DNA of 61,738 nucleotides, filler included. It is 3 parts of 3 records of this genome, joined end to end, with 100 filler letters (N's around TTAATTAATTAA, not from the genome) between each part and the next. Parts side by side here need not be neighbours in the genome. Positions count along the whole stretch, not along the records: positions 1 to 21,509 come from SRR20825006_2931; positions 21,610 to 40,635 come from SRR20825006_2937; 1 more part is not named here. One strand, written 5' to 3'. Positions 18,601 to 27,188 of this stretch are shown piece after piece (within the stretch, counting starts at the first letter, position 1; every line of letters begins with the position of its first letter). Under the pieces are notes generated by a model that had not been told where the DNA came from, ran no database searches, and saw only the letters and a program-made list of their open reading frames with translations. Position numbers and translations under genes: made by a program.

Positions 18601-19993
18601 AAAGTCGCCCGGCATCATTGACCAACTTTTGTGCCTCTGCGGGCGCAAGCTCCAGATATGGCGGAAATTCCCGCAGGTCGATATCCCATAAAATCTCGAA
18701 ACGATTAGGCTGCAATGAATCGCCGGCCAATGATCGAAATTTCGTATTTGCAGGTGCGTTGCGGTTCCATTTAAGTTCGAACCGCTTGTTTTCAAAGTCA
18801 TATTCACCGAACTCTGCAACATAAATTTGGACAACATCTAGGGGCGTCGGTTTGCCATAAGCGGCGATTTTGGCATTAACTTCGCGTTGAAATATCTCTT
18901 CCAAAACCGGGCGTGTAAATTCGTCAAGTTCCGCATTTACATTTGCGGCGTGGCGTCGGACTGCATTGAGATAACGACTTCCCTCGCCAATGATTTGCAG
19001 GGGATCGTTGGTCGTTTCGGCCACATCCTCTTCTGGCAAAAACAGCTCAATTGCCAAACCTGATTGTTGTTGAACGCGCACCTTTTCGGCTCTGGAGAAC
19101 CATAAATCGGCCAATACAATGTTATATTGTAGCTGAAGTTGGCTCAGCTCTGGCGAAAACCGCGGCAAGTTGAGCATCAACCAGTTTTGCCATGCCAAAT
19201 ATTCACTGGCCGCAGAGCTGCCATATTCGGTGAGGATTGCATGTCCGTTCAAGCGGTTTAGCTCAACTGCAAATGGCAATGTCGGCATCGGCGTGGCCGC
19301 AACATTACTCGCGGCGTTTTCTTCAAATGTGTTGGACGATGTCGCTTGCGCCGCGCTTAAGTCCGAGTCATTGCGATTTAAAGCGGTTTCGGATTCACCG
19401 GCATTTTGCGTGTTGTCCGCAGTGGTGCCTTCAGCCATCGTCAACGCTTCAAGCACCGTAAGATTTTGAGGGTCCAGCGATTGCGTCACGTTTAGACCGT
19501 ATTTTTGCTGAAATGCTTGTGACGCTGCAATTGTGTCATCATCGACAACACCGTCAATTCTGCCAGGATCGAAGCCGAGAACTTTTAGAAGCGCTTCAAT
19601 TTGTATGCGTGTTGGCAAGTCGGCGCCATCGGGGCCCAGCTGCGTTTGGGTGTTTGATGACGCAGTGTTATTTGCAGCGCCGGTCTTGGCATCATCAGCT
19701 TTTAGCGCCGCAACGCTCCAAGTGCGGGTTTTCGCCTTGCACGCCAATTGTCTTTCTCGGGCCTGAATCTGCGCCACTCGCGACTTTTCTGCTGCGCTTA
19801 TGGATGGCGATTTGGTGAAGCATCCTTCATTGCCAAAATACCCTTTACCGAGACCGCCGCCAAAACAATAGCCGCGCTCGTGAAATATTCCATTCCGCTC
19901 TTTCCAAAGGGACATACATTCGTCCGCAATCGCTTGTGCCGGTGAGAATGCTGAAAACAGCAAAATTGTTGTAACAATCGTTTTGAACTTCAT
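15665..19993 (-). CDS. Large (1442 aa) secreted protein with YARHG-like and PG_binding_1-like N-terminal domains
   Basis: Signal peptide; C..LWKERNGIFHERGYCF; LGFDPGRIDGVVDDDTIAASQAFQQKYGL; remainder unassigned. Confidence 0.85.
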   Translation of the reverse strand: MKFKTIVTTILLFSAFSPAQAIADECMSLWKERNGIFHERGYCFGGGLGKGYFGNEGCFTKSPSISAAEKSRVAQIQARERQLACKAKTRTWSVAALKADDAKTGAANNTASSNTQTQLGPDGADLPTRIQIEALLKVLGFDPGRIDGVVDDDTIAASQAFQQKYGLNVTQSLDPQNLTVLEALTMAEGTTADNTQNAGESETALNRNDSDLSAAQATSSNTFEENAASNVAATPMPTLPFAVELNRLNGHAILTEYGSSAASEYLAWQNWLMLNLPRFSPELSQLQLQYNIVLADLWFSRAEKVRVQQQSGLAIELFLPEEDVAETTNDPLQIIGEGSRYLNAVRRHAANVNAELDEFTRPVLEEIFQREVNAKIAAYGKPTPLDVVQIYVAEFGEYDFENKRFELKWNRNAPANTKFRSLAGDSLQPNRFEILWDIDLREFPPYLELAPAEAQKLVNDAGRLSNNKRRYVYFAIYGKLNSVASDIKSALDENRRPKLEFSVAVSKTEFALTPEFENPFLARAHEAVSNADIQAAFEQGTEAKTSLFGAKYLRVLMGDRLMDPFRFDEKTTPMFTEQVAQQSELYDRFGLDENVVLDLMRAELVSGESRVNVDDIAIFRSNFVAAKQSGPSKKLHIPFHANVRSQDDGSKFIDPGNAKDLLWLAIRQNRRQFADFKGTAIGHITDGGDQRDADKIIIEENEGYEGDEIVSLAYINQDGEEVDSDVRVFVAVNKRELATIQNLDLPDPIKATANNSFRYAEKLIGFDLSEGVISGHITLELLEEPQRVAFSRQKNTDRQQDATYVVRAKLTKLTLVNGDKRTVLPVGEVADDVAEAGAMPRPIGEVAELTTELSDLLTVKYTPDQLFEPDYMRMMLARWHYESAFSDPNSNPDWGRFFDFGAPLPEHSEMLSTLREFKDWTHKRAGMLPDRVTITLPFDDYFFGDKPDGNTPIRIGTSYRNESMMGRAIADCERVNVSTSRDASVPKQHLAMLENGCEYLRQAVDNPGGELFIGYDRHVKAIEVSERAKNPDFRSKIWATGVRATCKHSWRAKDPYCNAMYQELENGIISSAHFVLDDIYQLDKIVVMTPENKRKFEASRGVRKFIRLTVAVDDVVRLQQHQMQPPRFRKALIDRFEAFETANVKDNLNPPKPFNAVPVNLFKLSATDVEIIGGRNNETLFVPELHPIVQLDKKLIQPVAAIYDPAPEQAYGPDIVGLRIGMSFEEADSILQQHMDVGRVLYANRDWSAEEAFGNIKAFSSGKLYESANGDERIAIFDEAPSAKGVIMGMTRILKIEKGKINEKQALDGLANKYGRPSIIKNGKFGWGDIPQDCLANGYNKSTREIWKAQDGADTNWDIRAFDRQGILLPDNDQINPNGYRADCELRLVAHFNDYSDQDHDLIVQLLHDKRQYDLHFRQSAEMLKNATPSEAELSTDVDIKF

Positions 19994-20008
19994 GACATTC
20001 CCTACCGG

Positions 20009-20848
20009 TTAGTCAGACTTAGATAAATGATTTGAATAGATGATGAGTTCAGGGCGATATTCGAAGTGCATCCCATCAAAATGATGCCATTTCCCACCCC
20101 AGATAAAGCCATATTTTTCAAATATTTGGACAACTTCTTGCGGGACACGGTTAGCGAAGCTGCCCGCTTTGCCAGGCTTCCTGCCGCTCCACTTCCAGTA
20201 GCCACCAATTTCTGCATTGACGTCAATCGCTGCACCAAATGAATGCACGCTCAGCCTGTTTGTGCCGCTTATCTTTCGCCAATTATAGCTGCCGCCGACA
20301 TTTGCGAAGAGCCGCGGATACGCCGTTCCGATTTCTGCCAGCGCAGCGCTGAGTTGGCATTCCACGTTATGCTGGGTTGTGACGGTGAAAATTGTCTTGG
20401 AGCCGGGCATGGAAACGTCCGTCAGTGAATTTTCGACGGAGTTGCGCGAAGAGGAGTAAAGGAATTCAAAAAACGCACCATTTCGAATTCGACCCGGATC
20501 GTGCCAAGGTGTTTCGCGTTGAATGAGCGTAAAATCCAGTGGATACACAAATCGAAACTGATCAATCAAACTTGCATGGTCTAGCAGGTCTTCGCCCGTA
20601 AGGTCTGTTGCCTCATCCAGCGTGAAGGGATTTTTGTTTGCCAAAGTAAGCTGATTGGCGGCATGGTCAAATCCAAGTGTCGGATAACCTGCGAGTAAGC
20701 TAGCGATTTCAAGAGGTACATCTTGCCGGACTATGGTGGTTTCATTGAAAATGCTTGGAGAACATTCGTTGGCATAGACAGCTATGCTCCAGCCGCCTTG
20801 CGCACAACAATATGTTAGGAAAGCGAGTATGTTTAAGATCTTTTGCAT
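20009..20848 (-). CDS. M15 family metallopeptidase (D-Ala-D-Ala carboxypeptidase / PG endopeptidase type)
   Basis: SVHSFGAAIDVN (SxHxxGxAxD) and FIWGGKWHHFDGMHFEY; hydrophobic N-terminus from ATG 20848. Confidence 0.9.
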   Translation of the reverse strand: MQKILNILAFLTYCCAQGGWSIAVYANECSPSIFNETTIVRQDVPLEIASLLAGYPTLGFDHAANQLTLANKNPFTLDEATDLTGEDLLDHASLIDQFRFVYPLDFTLIQRETPWHDPGRIRNGAFFEFLYSSSRNSVENSLTDVSMPGSKTIFTVTTQHNVECQLSAALAEIGTAYPRLFANVGGSYNWRKISGTNRLSVHSFGAAIDVNAEIGGYWKWSGRKPGKAGSFANRVPQEVVQIFEKYGFIWGGKWHHFDGMHFEYRPELIIYSNHLSKSD

Positions 20849-20933
20849 AAACCTATTTGCTTGTGCGCGAGGTAATTCCGCATGGAGATAAAGGCAGCAA
20901 AACACGAAAAAGCGAGGCGTTCAATCCGCTTTG

Positions 20934-20949
20934 TTAATTAATCGTTAAC
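20934..20949. promoter_or_regulatory. CtrA-type binding box
   Basis: TTAA-TTAATCG-TTAAC matches TTAA-N7-TTAAC exactly, 86 nt upstream of the M15 gene start. Confidence 0.65.
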
Positions 20950-20988
20950 GTGAGTGGTAGTTGGGGTTTTGCGAAGGGGCGTTTGAAC

Positions 20989-21333
20989 TTAACCGGCAAG
21001 TTGCTCGAGCCAGCTTTTGTGTATCCATCCAAGCTGGCCATCATCGCGCTCAACGCCGCGCCAATCGCCATCCCATTCAATTACGTATACAACTTCGCCA
21101 ACATCCAAACCGCTGAACGTTGGATATTCGTACGCAGGGCCCAAACGTAATTGCGGTTCATCTATAGAGCAATATTCACAAAGCACGACGACACTGGTCG
21201 CATAACAAGCTGCTTGATCCGGCGTGCAGTCTTTGACGATTGGGACAATCAATTTCTGCGAAAGGGCAACCGATGCGCCATTGATCAGACAGGCACCTAA
21301 GAGCGCCGTCGCCAACTTCATTGAAAATCGCAT
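20989..21333 (-). CDS. Secreted bacterial SH3 (SH3b) domain protein
   Basis: Signal peptide; LRLGPAYEYP..L..GEVV.VI..GDW..V..DGQLGWIHKSWL pattern. Confidence 0.82.
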   Translation of the reverse strand: MRFSMKLATALLGACLINGASVALSQKLIVPIVKDCTPDQAACYATSVVVLCEYCSIDEPQLRLGPAYEYPTFSGLDVGEVVYVIEWDGDWRGVERDDGQLGWIHKSWLEQLAG

Positions 21334-21468
21334 ATCTAATTACTCTTCGAGTTTGATTGTAAGTACCAGTGGCTAGAAGCTAGCTTTCCTGCTCTTCTTT
21401 CGCAATCTAATTTCTCCAACTTCACCGTGTCTAGTTCAGATTCCGTTAGGTGAAATTGCTGATCTTCT

Positions 21469-21486
21469 AATGTCCGCTTTTGGGAT
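21469..21486 (+). repeat. Right copy of the 18-bp direct repeat AATGTCCGCTTTTGGGAT
   Basis: Identical to 13976-13993. Confidence 0.85.
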
Positions 21487-21509
21487 CAACCGTATCAGTT
21501 CTTTTTTGA

Positions 21510-21609
21510 NNNNNNNNNNNNNNNNNNNNNNNNNNNNNNNNNNNNNNNNNNNNTTAATTAATTAANNNNNNNNNNNNNNNNNNNNNNNNNNNNNNNNNNN
21601 NNNNNNNNN
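21510..21609. other. Artificial contig spacer
   Basis: N44 + TTAATTAATTAA (stops in all six frames) + N44; base composition and gene content change abruptly across it. Confidence 0.98.
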
Positions 21610-22198
21610 AAGATTTGATGAAACCCGTGGTTTTAAATTCATTTCTTATGCGGTATGGTGGATTCGTCAATCTATTCTTCAAGCCTTGGCAGAACAGTCG
21701 AGAATTGTAAGACTCCCGCTTAATAAAATTGGTTCTATCAATAAAATCAATAAAGCATACTCCTTTTTAGAACAAGAACACGAAAGAGCTCCATCTGCAG
21801 AAGAAATAGCTAAAGAGCTTGATATGACAGTGAAAGATGTAAAACAGTCCATGAAAAATTCTGGAAGACACCTTTCTATGGATGCTCCTTTAAAAGAAGG
21901 AGAAACCTCAAATTTATATGATGTTGTTCGTTCTGGAGAATCTCCAAATCCAGATAAAAATCTTTTACACGATTCGTTAAACATCGAAATAAATAGAGCT
22001 TTAGAAACGCTTACTACTAGAGAAGCCGATGTAATAAGATTAAATTACGGAATTGGCGACCAGCAACCAATGACTCTTGAAGAAATTGGGGATGTTTTTG
22101 ATTTAACAAGAGAGCGTGTGCGACAAATAAGAGAAAAAGGAATTAGAAGACTTCGACATAATTCGCGAAGCAAAATTTTAAAAATGTATTTAGGATAG
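21610..22198 (+). CDS. Sigma-70 factor, RpoD/SigA family, Bacteroidota type (5'-truncated)
   Basis: [22 protein letters not shown] (region 2) and [17 protein letters not shown] (region 4); open from the contig edge. Confidence 0.95.
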
Positions 22199-22227
22199 TT
22201 TTTAATTCTTTTAAAAATATTCATTCT

Positions 22228-22261
22228 AAAAATCCCGCTTCATCCAAGCGGGATTTTTTTT
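22228..22261 (+). terminator. Rho-independent terminator
   Basis: AAAAATCCCGCTT-CATCC-AAGCGGGATTTTTTTT. Confidence 0.9.
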
Positions 22262-22340
22262 CGTACATACTGTATCAAGAAGAATAACTTTAATAGTCCT
22301 TTAACCCAACTTCATTTAAATATTTTGTTTGTTTGTAATT

Positions 22341-24596
22341 ATGATAAAAACCTACTTTAAGAAGTATAAAAAACAGATTTTAGTAACTATAGCTAGTCTT
22401 TTTGGCCTATTTATAATTTTTATATTAAGCGTTTATTTGGGCGCATGGGGACATATGCCAAACGAAAAGGAATTAGCCAATTTACAACTCGACCAGGCTA
22501 CAGAAATCCTTTCAGACGATGGAACCTTACTTGGAAAAATATATATTAACGACCGCCAACCTGTTCCTTTTGACAGTATTCCTAAAAATTTAATAGATGC
22601 ATTAGTAGCCACAGAAGATGCACGCTTTTATGAGCATAATGGGGTAGACAACCGCAGCTTGCTTAGAGTATTTTTTAAGTCGATTTTACTACAAGATGAA
22701 TCTTCTGGAGGAGGAAGCACTATAACACAACAACTAGCAAAAAATTTATATCCACGGAAAAATTTAGGTTCACTTGGTATTATTGTACATAAATTAAGAG
22801 AATCTATTATTGCAAAACGACTAGAAGATGTGTATTCCAAAGATGAAATCTTATTACATTATTTAAACACCGTTCCGTTTAGCGATAATACTTTTGGAAT
22901 TGAAAGCGCCTCCAAGCATTTTTTTAATAAGTCTGCCGTAAATCTATCTACCATTGAAGCGGCTACTTTAGTTGGGTCTTTAAAGGCTACGTACTACTAC
23001 AATCCGAAGTTGTTTCCAGAAAGAAGTAAACAGCGTAGAAATGTAGTTTTGAGTCAGATGAAAAACTACGAATATTTAAACGAAGAAGCTTATGATACCC
23101 TTTCCAAAGATTCTTTAAAACTAGACATTCAGCAATATAGTTATAACGACGGATTAGCTCCTTATTTTAGAGAACACGTGCGTTTGTACCTAAAAGAATG
23201 GTTAAAACAGTATAACGAAAAGAAAGATACTTCTATAAATTTTTATACTGATGGGCTTAAAATCCACACTACTATTAATTATGAGATGCAAAAATTGGCG
23301 GAGGAGTCCGTACAAGAACATCTGAGCAAGCTCCAACAACAGTTTGAAGAAAGTTATGGAAAAAATGCTCCTTGGCTAACTGACAAAGATTTGATTGAAA
23401 CAGAACTTGCAAAAACCATAGCTTACAAGAAACTAAAAACCCAAGGATTAAAGAAAGAACAAATAGTAGACTCCCTTCAGCAGAAAAAAGAAATTACTGT
23501 GTTTAATTGGAACGGAAAATCAAAAGAAAATTTAAGTACTCTTGATAGTTTACAGCACTATTTAAAATTTCTTAATTGTGGTTTTGTGGCTATAAATCCA
23601 AAAAATGGAGCTTTAAAAACTTGGATTGGCGGTATTAATTATGAATATTTTAAATACGATCATGTAATCCAAAGTAAACGGCAAGTAGGCTCCACATTTA
23701 AACCTTTTGTGTATACTACTGCCTTGGAAAATGGAATCGATCCATGCACCTATTTTTCGGTGGCGCCAGTTGCTTATGAGAATTTAAAAGGTTGGGAACC
23801 CACAAACGCTTCCAACAAAGAAGAAGAGGAATACATGAACTATTCTATGGAATATGCCTTGAGTAATTCTATAAATACTATTGCAGTGAAAGTATTGGAA
23901 AAAGCAGGAATACAAAATACCATTTTACAAGCGCAGAAAATGGGAATTAGCTCTACCCTTCCAGAAGTTCCTTCCATTGCGCTTGGAACGGCCGAAGTAA
24001 GCTTAATGGAAATGGCTAAAGCCTATACCACTTACGTAAATAATAGTGTGCCTGCTACTCCATTTTTTATCAATAAAATTGAAGATGATAAAGGAAATGT
24101 ATTATTGGAGAATAAACAGAAGGAAAAAGAAGGAGAGAAGGCTTTTTCTGATACTACAAGAGAGATTATGCTCCAAATGATGAAATCTACAATTAACAGT
24201 GGAACAGCTACTAGACTTCGAAATAGTTACGGTTTAAAAAATGATATTGCGGGTAAAACTGGAACCACACAAAACAATAAAGACGCTTGGTTTGTAGGAA
24301 TTACACCTAAACTGGTTAGCGTTACTTGGGTAGGGCTTGACAACCACAAAATAGGCTTTAAAACTACAGCCATGGGGCAAGGCGCTAATGCTGCGCTCCC
24401 CATTTTTGGGCGATGGATGCAAAAAATGAATCGGGAGAAAGAATTAAACCCTGTTACTCAAGCTAAGTTTGAAACACCTTCTAAAGAGATATTGGAAAGC
24501 TTGGATTGTAATCCAGAAAAAAGAGATGGCTTTTTTAAACGATTGTTTTCAAATCCAGATAAAAAGAAAAGTAAAAAATTTAAAACTAAGGCATAA
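22341..24596 (+). CDS. Class A penicillin-binding protein (PBP1A-like)
   Basis: TM anchor, EDARFYEH and GGSTITQQLAKNL (transglycosylase), STFK/SIN/KTG (transpeptidase). Confidence 0.95.
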   Translation: MIKTYFKKYKKQILVTIASLFGLFIIFILSVYLGAWGHMPNEKELANLQLDQATEILSDDGTLLGKIYINDRQPVPFDSIPKNLIDALVATEDARFYEHNGVDNRSLLRVFFKSILLQDESSGGGSTITQQLAKNLYPRKNLGSLGIIVHKLRESIIAKRLEDVYSKDEILLHYLNTVPFSDNTFGIESASKHFFNKSAVNLSTIEAATLVGSLKATYYYNPKLFPERSKQRRNVVLSQMKNYEYLNEEAYDTLSKDSLKLDIQQYSYNDGLAPYFREHVRLYLKEWLKQYNEKKDTSINFYTDGLKIHTTINYEMQKLAEESVQEHLSKLQQQFEESYGKNAPWLTDKDLIETELAKTIAYKKLKTQGLKKEQIVDSLQQKKEITVFNWNGKSKENLSTLDSLQHYLKFLNCGFVAINPKNGALKTWIGGINYEYFKYDHVIQSKRQVGSTFKPFVYTTALENGIDPCTYFSVAPVAYENLKGWEPTNASNKEEEEYMNYSMEYALSNSINTIAVKVLEKAGIQNTILQAQKMGISSTLPEVPSIALGTAEVSLMEMAKAYTTYVNNSVPATPFFINKIEDDKGNVLLENKQKEKEGEKAFSDTTREIMLQMMKSTINSGTATRLRNSYGLKNDIAGKTGTTQNNKDAWFVGITPKLVSVTWVGLDNHKIGFKTTAMGQGANAALPIFGRWMQKMNREKELNPVTQAKFETPSKEILESLDCNPEKRDGFFKRLFSNPDKKKSKKFKTKA

Positions 24597-24622
24597 TTGA
24601 ATTGCCTCTCTACTTTTTAAAC

Positions 24623-24632
24623 TAAATTTGCA
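24623..24632 (+). promoter_or_regulatory. Bacteroidota -7 promoter element
   Basis: TAAATTTGCA matches TAnnTTTG just upstream of the MscS gene. Confidence 0.6.
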
Positions 24633-24647
24633 GAGAATATTATTTTT

Positions 24648-25928
24648 ATGAAGGAAAATCAGGAACTTCTTGCTCGTTTAAGTTGTTATATACACGATTG
24701 GCTACTAGATAGTGGCTACGCTATTGGAACAGCACAAAAAATTAACCTTTTAGTTAATATTGTTGTTGTAACCGTTGTTGTATATATTATTGACATTTTA
24801 CTGAGAACTTTTGTAGTAAAATTCTTTTTAGCTTTTACCAATAAAAGTAAAACCACTTTTGATGATTATCTTGTAAAAAGTAACTTTCCAAAATACATAG
24901 CGCATATCATTCCTTTTATAATTATTAAGAATATGATACCCTATGTATTTACAGATTTCCCAGGGTTACATGTGTTTTTTTCTAAGGTAACAGATATTTA
25001 CCTAATCCTTCTTGTTGTTTTTATCCTGAGAAGTATTGTACGGACAACAAAAAATTACTTACGAACTACCGATAGATTTTATGACAAACCACTTGATAGT
25101 TATGCACAGGTAGTAATTATATTTATTTGGTTCTTCGGATTGATTTTTATCTTTTCGGAATTGGCTGGAATATCTATTGTAAAATTCTTAACTACTTTAG
25201 GAGCAGCTTCTGCAATTTTACTTTTAATTTTTAAAGACACTATTTTAGGGTTTGTTGCAAGTATCCAAACGTCTGCTAACGATATGGTTAGAATTGGAGA
25301 TTGGATAACAATGGAAAAATATGGAGCCGATGGAGATGTTGTTGAAATTAATTTGGCTACCGTAAAAGTTAGAAACTTCGATTATACAATTACTACTATC
25401 CCTACCTATGCTTTAATTTCTGATTCTTTTAAAAATTGGAGAGGAATGCAAGAAAGTGGCGGTAGACGTATTAAGAGATCTATTTTTATTAAGGCTGCAA
25501 GCGTAAAATTCCTTTCTGCGGAAGATTTAGAAAAATATAGTAGCATTCAAGCTGTCCAGCAATATATAAACACTAGACAAAAAGACATTAATAAGTTTAA
25601 TAAAGAACAAGGTTATAATAAAGACCTAAACATTGTAAACGGAAGAAACCAAACCAACCTTGGGATTTTTAGAAAGTACTGCGATTTATACTTACAAAAT
25701 CATTCTGCTACCAATAAAGATATGCTAATGATGACAAGACATTTAGCACCTACAGCACAAGGTATTCCTATAGAAATTTATGTGTTTTCTAGTGATAAAC
25801 GCTGGGAAAATTACGAACGTATTATGGCCGATATTTTTGAACATATCATTGCTGCAGTTCCGCACTTTGATTTAGAAATCTTTGAATCGCCTTCTGGAAC
25901 AGATATAAGTAAACTAAATAACTCCTAA
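24648..25928 (+). CDS. Mechanosensitive channel, MscS family (YbdG-like)
   Basis: FKDTILGFVASIQ, GDWITM..YGADG.V, NWRGMQESGGRRIKRS. Confidence 0.93.
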   Translation: MKENQELLARLSCYIHDWLLDSGYAIGTAQKINLLVNIVVVTVVVYIIDILLRTFVVKFFLAFTNKSKTTFDDYLVKSNFPKYIAHIIPFIIIKNMIPYVFTDFPGLHVFFSKVTDIYLILLVVFILRSIVRTTKNYLRTTDRFYDKPLDSYAQVVIIFIWFFGLIFIFSELAGISIVKFLTTLGAASAILLLIFKDTILGFVASIQTSANDMVRIGDWITMEKYGADGDVVEINLATVKVRNFDYTITTIPTYALISDSFKNWRGMQESGGRRIKRSIFIKAASVKFLSAEDLEKYSSIQAVQQYINTRQKDINKFNKEQGYNKDLNIVNGRNQTNLGIFRKYCDLYLQNHSATNKDMLMMTRHLAPTAQGIPIEIYVFSSDKRWENYERIMADIFEHIIAAVPHFDLEIFESPSGTDISKLNNS

Positions 25929-25993
25929 CATAATTTATGTTTATAATCAATTAAAAAATTTTAGGCAATTCTTAATAAACCCTTACTAAGGAT

Positions 25994-26890
25994 TTAAAAA
26001 AGTGTTGGCACATCCCCATCTTTAGTTTTTGGAACCACTAGATCCGTTCCCAACTCTTTATTAAGCTTTTTAATAAAATAAGCCGACAGCAATGGCGAAG
26101 CTTCTTCTAAATTTTGATGCACAAAAAAGTTCACATTAGACAAACCTTGAGTTTTCCATACTTTTATGCGTTCAATCCAATCGTCTAAACGTTTATAATC
26201 TGTGGGATGGTTTGCTCCTACATATCTAATAAAAGCTTCATTATTAGTTAACCTCATATGCAATAAATCTCTTCTCCCAGCAGTATCAACCAAAATATTT
26301 GCAACATTATTTTCTTCTAATAAATTATATAATTCTTCTGCAACCACCTCATCATTAAACCAGTCTGTATGTCTAAATTCAACAGCCAACGGAAGTTCCT
26401 TTGACCAACTTTCAACAAAGGCCACTACTCTATCAAAATTTTTAGGTCCAAAATTGTTGTGCATCTGTAAGAATATTGTTCCTAATTTATCTTTAAAATG
26501 AACCACTCCATCCAGATATTCTGGTAAAAACTTTTCAAAATCTATAAGTCTTTTCATGTGACTAACCATTTGGTTTACTTTTGGAAAAAACTTGAAATCT
26601 ACTGGAACCTTATCATACCATTTTTCAAATTGTTCAATTGGAAAGTTTCGATAAAAAGTAGAATTCATTTCAATAGAATTAAACTGAGTTGCGTAATAAA
26701 CAAGCTCATCTTTTGTTCCCCGAGGATAAAAATTCTTTAAATCCTGTTTATTCCATTTTGCACATCCTACATGAACACTAAATTCTAACTTTTCTTCCTT
26801 AAAACGTGCTAAGGTTTTCTTCGTATTTGGGTGATCCTCACAGAGATAAAAATCTATGTTTTCTGGGTTATTTACTTTTCCAAACTTCAT
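25994..26890 (-). CDS. DUF72 family protein
   Basis: VGCAKW, YATQFNSIEMNSTFY, AVEFRH motifs. Confidence 0.88.
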   Translation of the reverse strand: MKFGKVNNPENIDFYLCEDHPNTKKTLARFKEEKLEFSVHVGCAKWNKQDLKNFYPRGTKDELVYYATQFNSIEMNSTFYRNFPIEQFEKWYDKVPVDFKFFPKVNQMVSHMKRLIDFEKFLPEYLDGVVHFKDKLGTIFLQMHNNFGPKNFDRVVAFVESWSKELPLAVEFRHTDWFNDEVVAEELYNLLEENNVANILVDTAGRRDLLHMRLTNNEAFIRYVGANHPTDYKRLDDWIERIKVWKTQGLSNVNFFVHQNLEEASPLLSAYFIKKLNKELGTDLVVPKTKDGDVPTLF

Positions 26891-26970
26891 TTTAATAAAA
26901 TTTATATAAAGTTATAAAATTCAAACATAGTACAAGAGTTAATAATTTTTTAATCTTTAAAATAACATAC

Positions 26971-26999
26971 CATTAATCTTTCATTAATTTATCATTAAT
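26971..26999. repeat. Three CATTAAT direct repeats at 11-bp period
   Basis: Copies start at 26971, 26982 and 26993 in the DUF72/susC divergent intergenic region. Confidence 0.5.
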
Positions 27000-27188
27000 A
27001 CTTCATCGATTATTTTCGTACGAAAATACACCATTATTAAATTCATAATTTATACATATCAATAATGGTAAATCGCTAATTATTTGAATAAAAATTTTAC
27101 AATTACATTAAATTTTACCTATTTTTAACCGAATTATGATATCATTAACATAATTCTGCTAACTAAATGTTTAACCAAAATTAAATGT

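Noticed and set aside
14092-21333. Prophage lysis cassette or T6SS locus
   Set aside because: No holin, structural phage genes, VgrG, Hcp or PAAR are present, and all five proteins have Sec-type N-termini
21554-21565. TTAATTAATTAA palindrome (also at 40680-40691) as a biological repeat or att site
   Set aside because: It is centred in N44 flanks, identical at both junctions and gives stops in six frames: an assembly spacer
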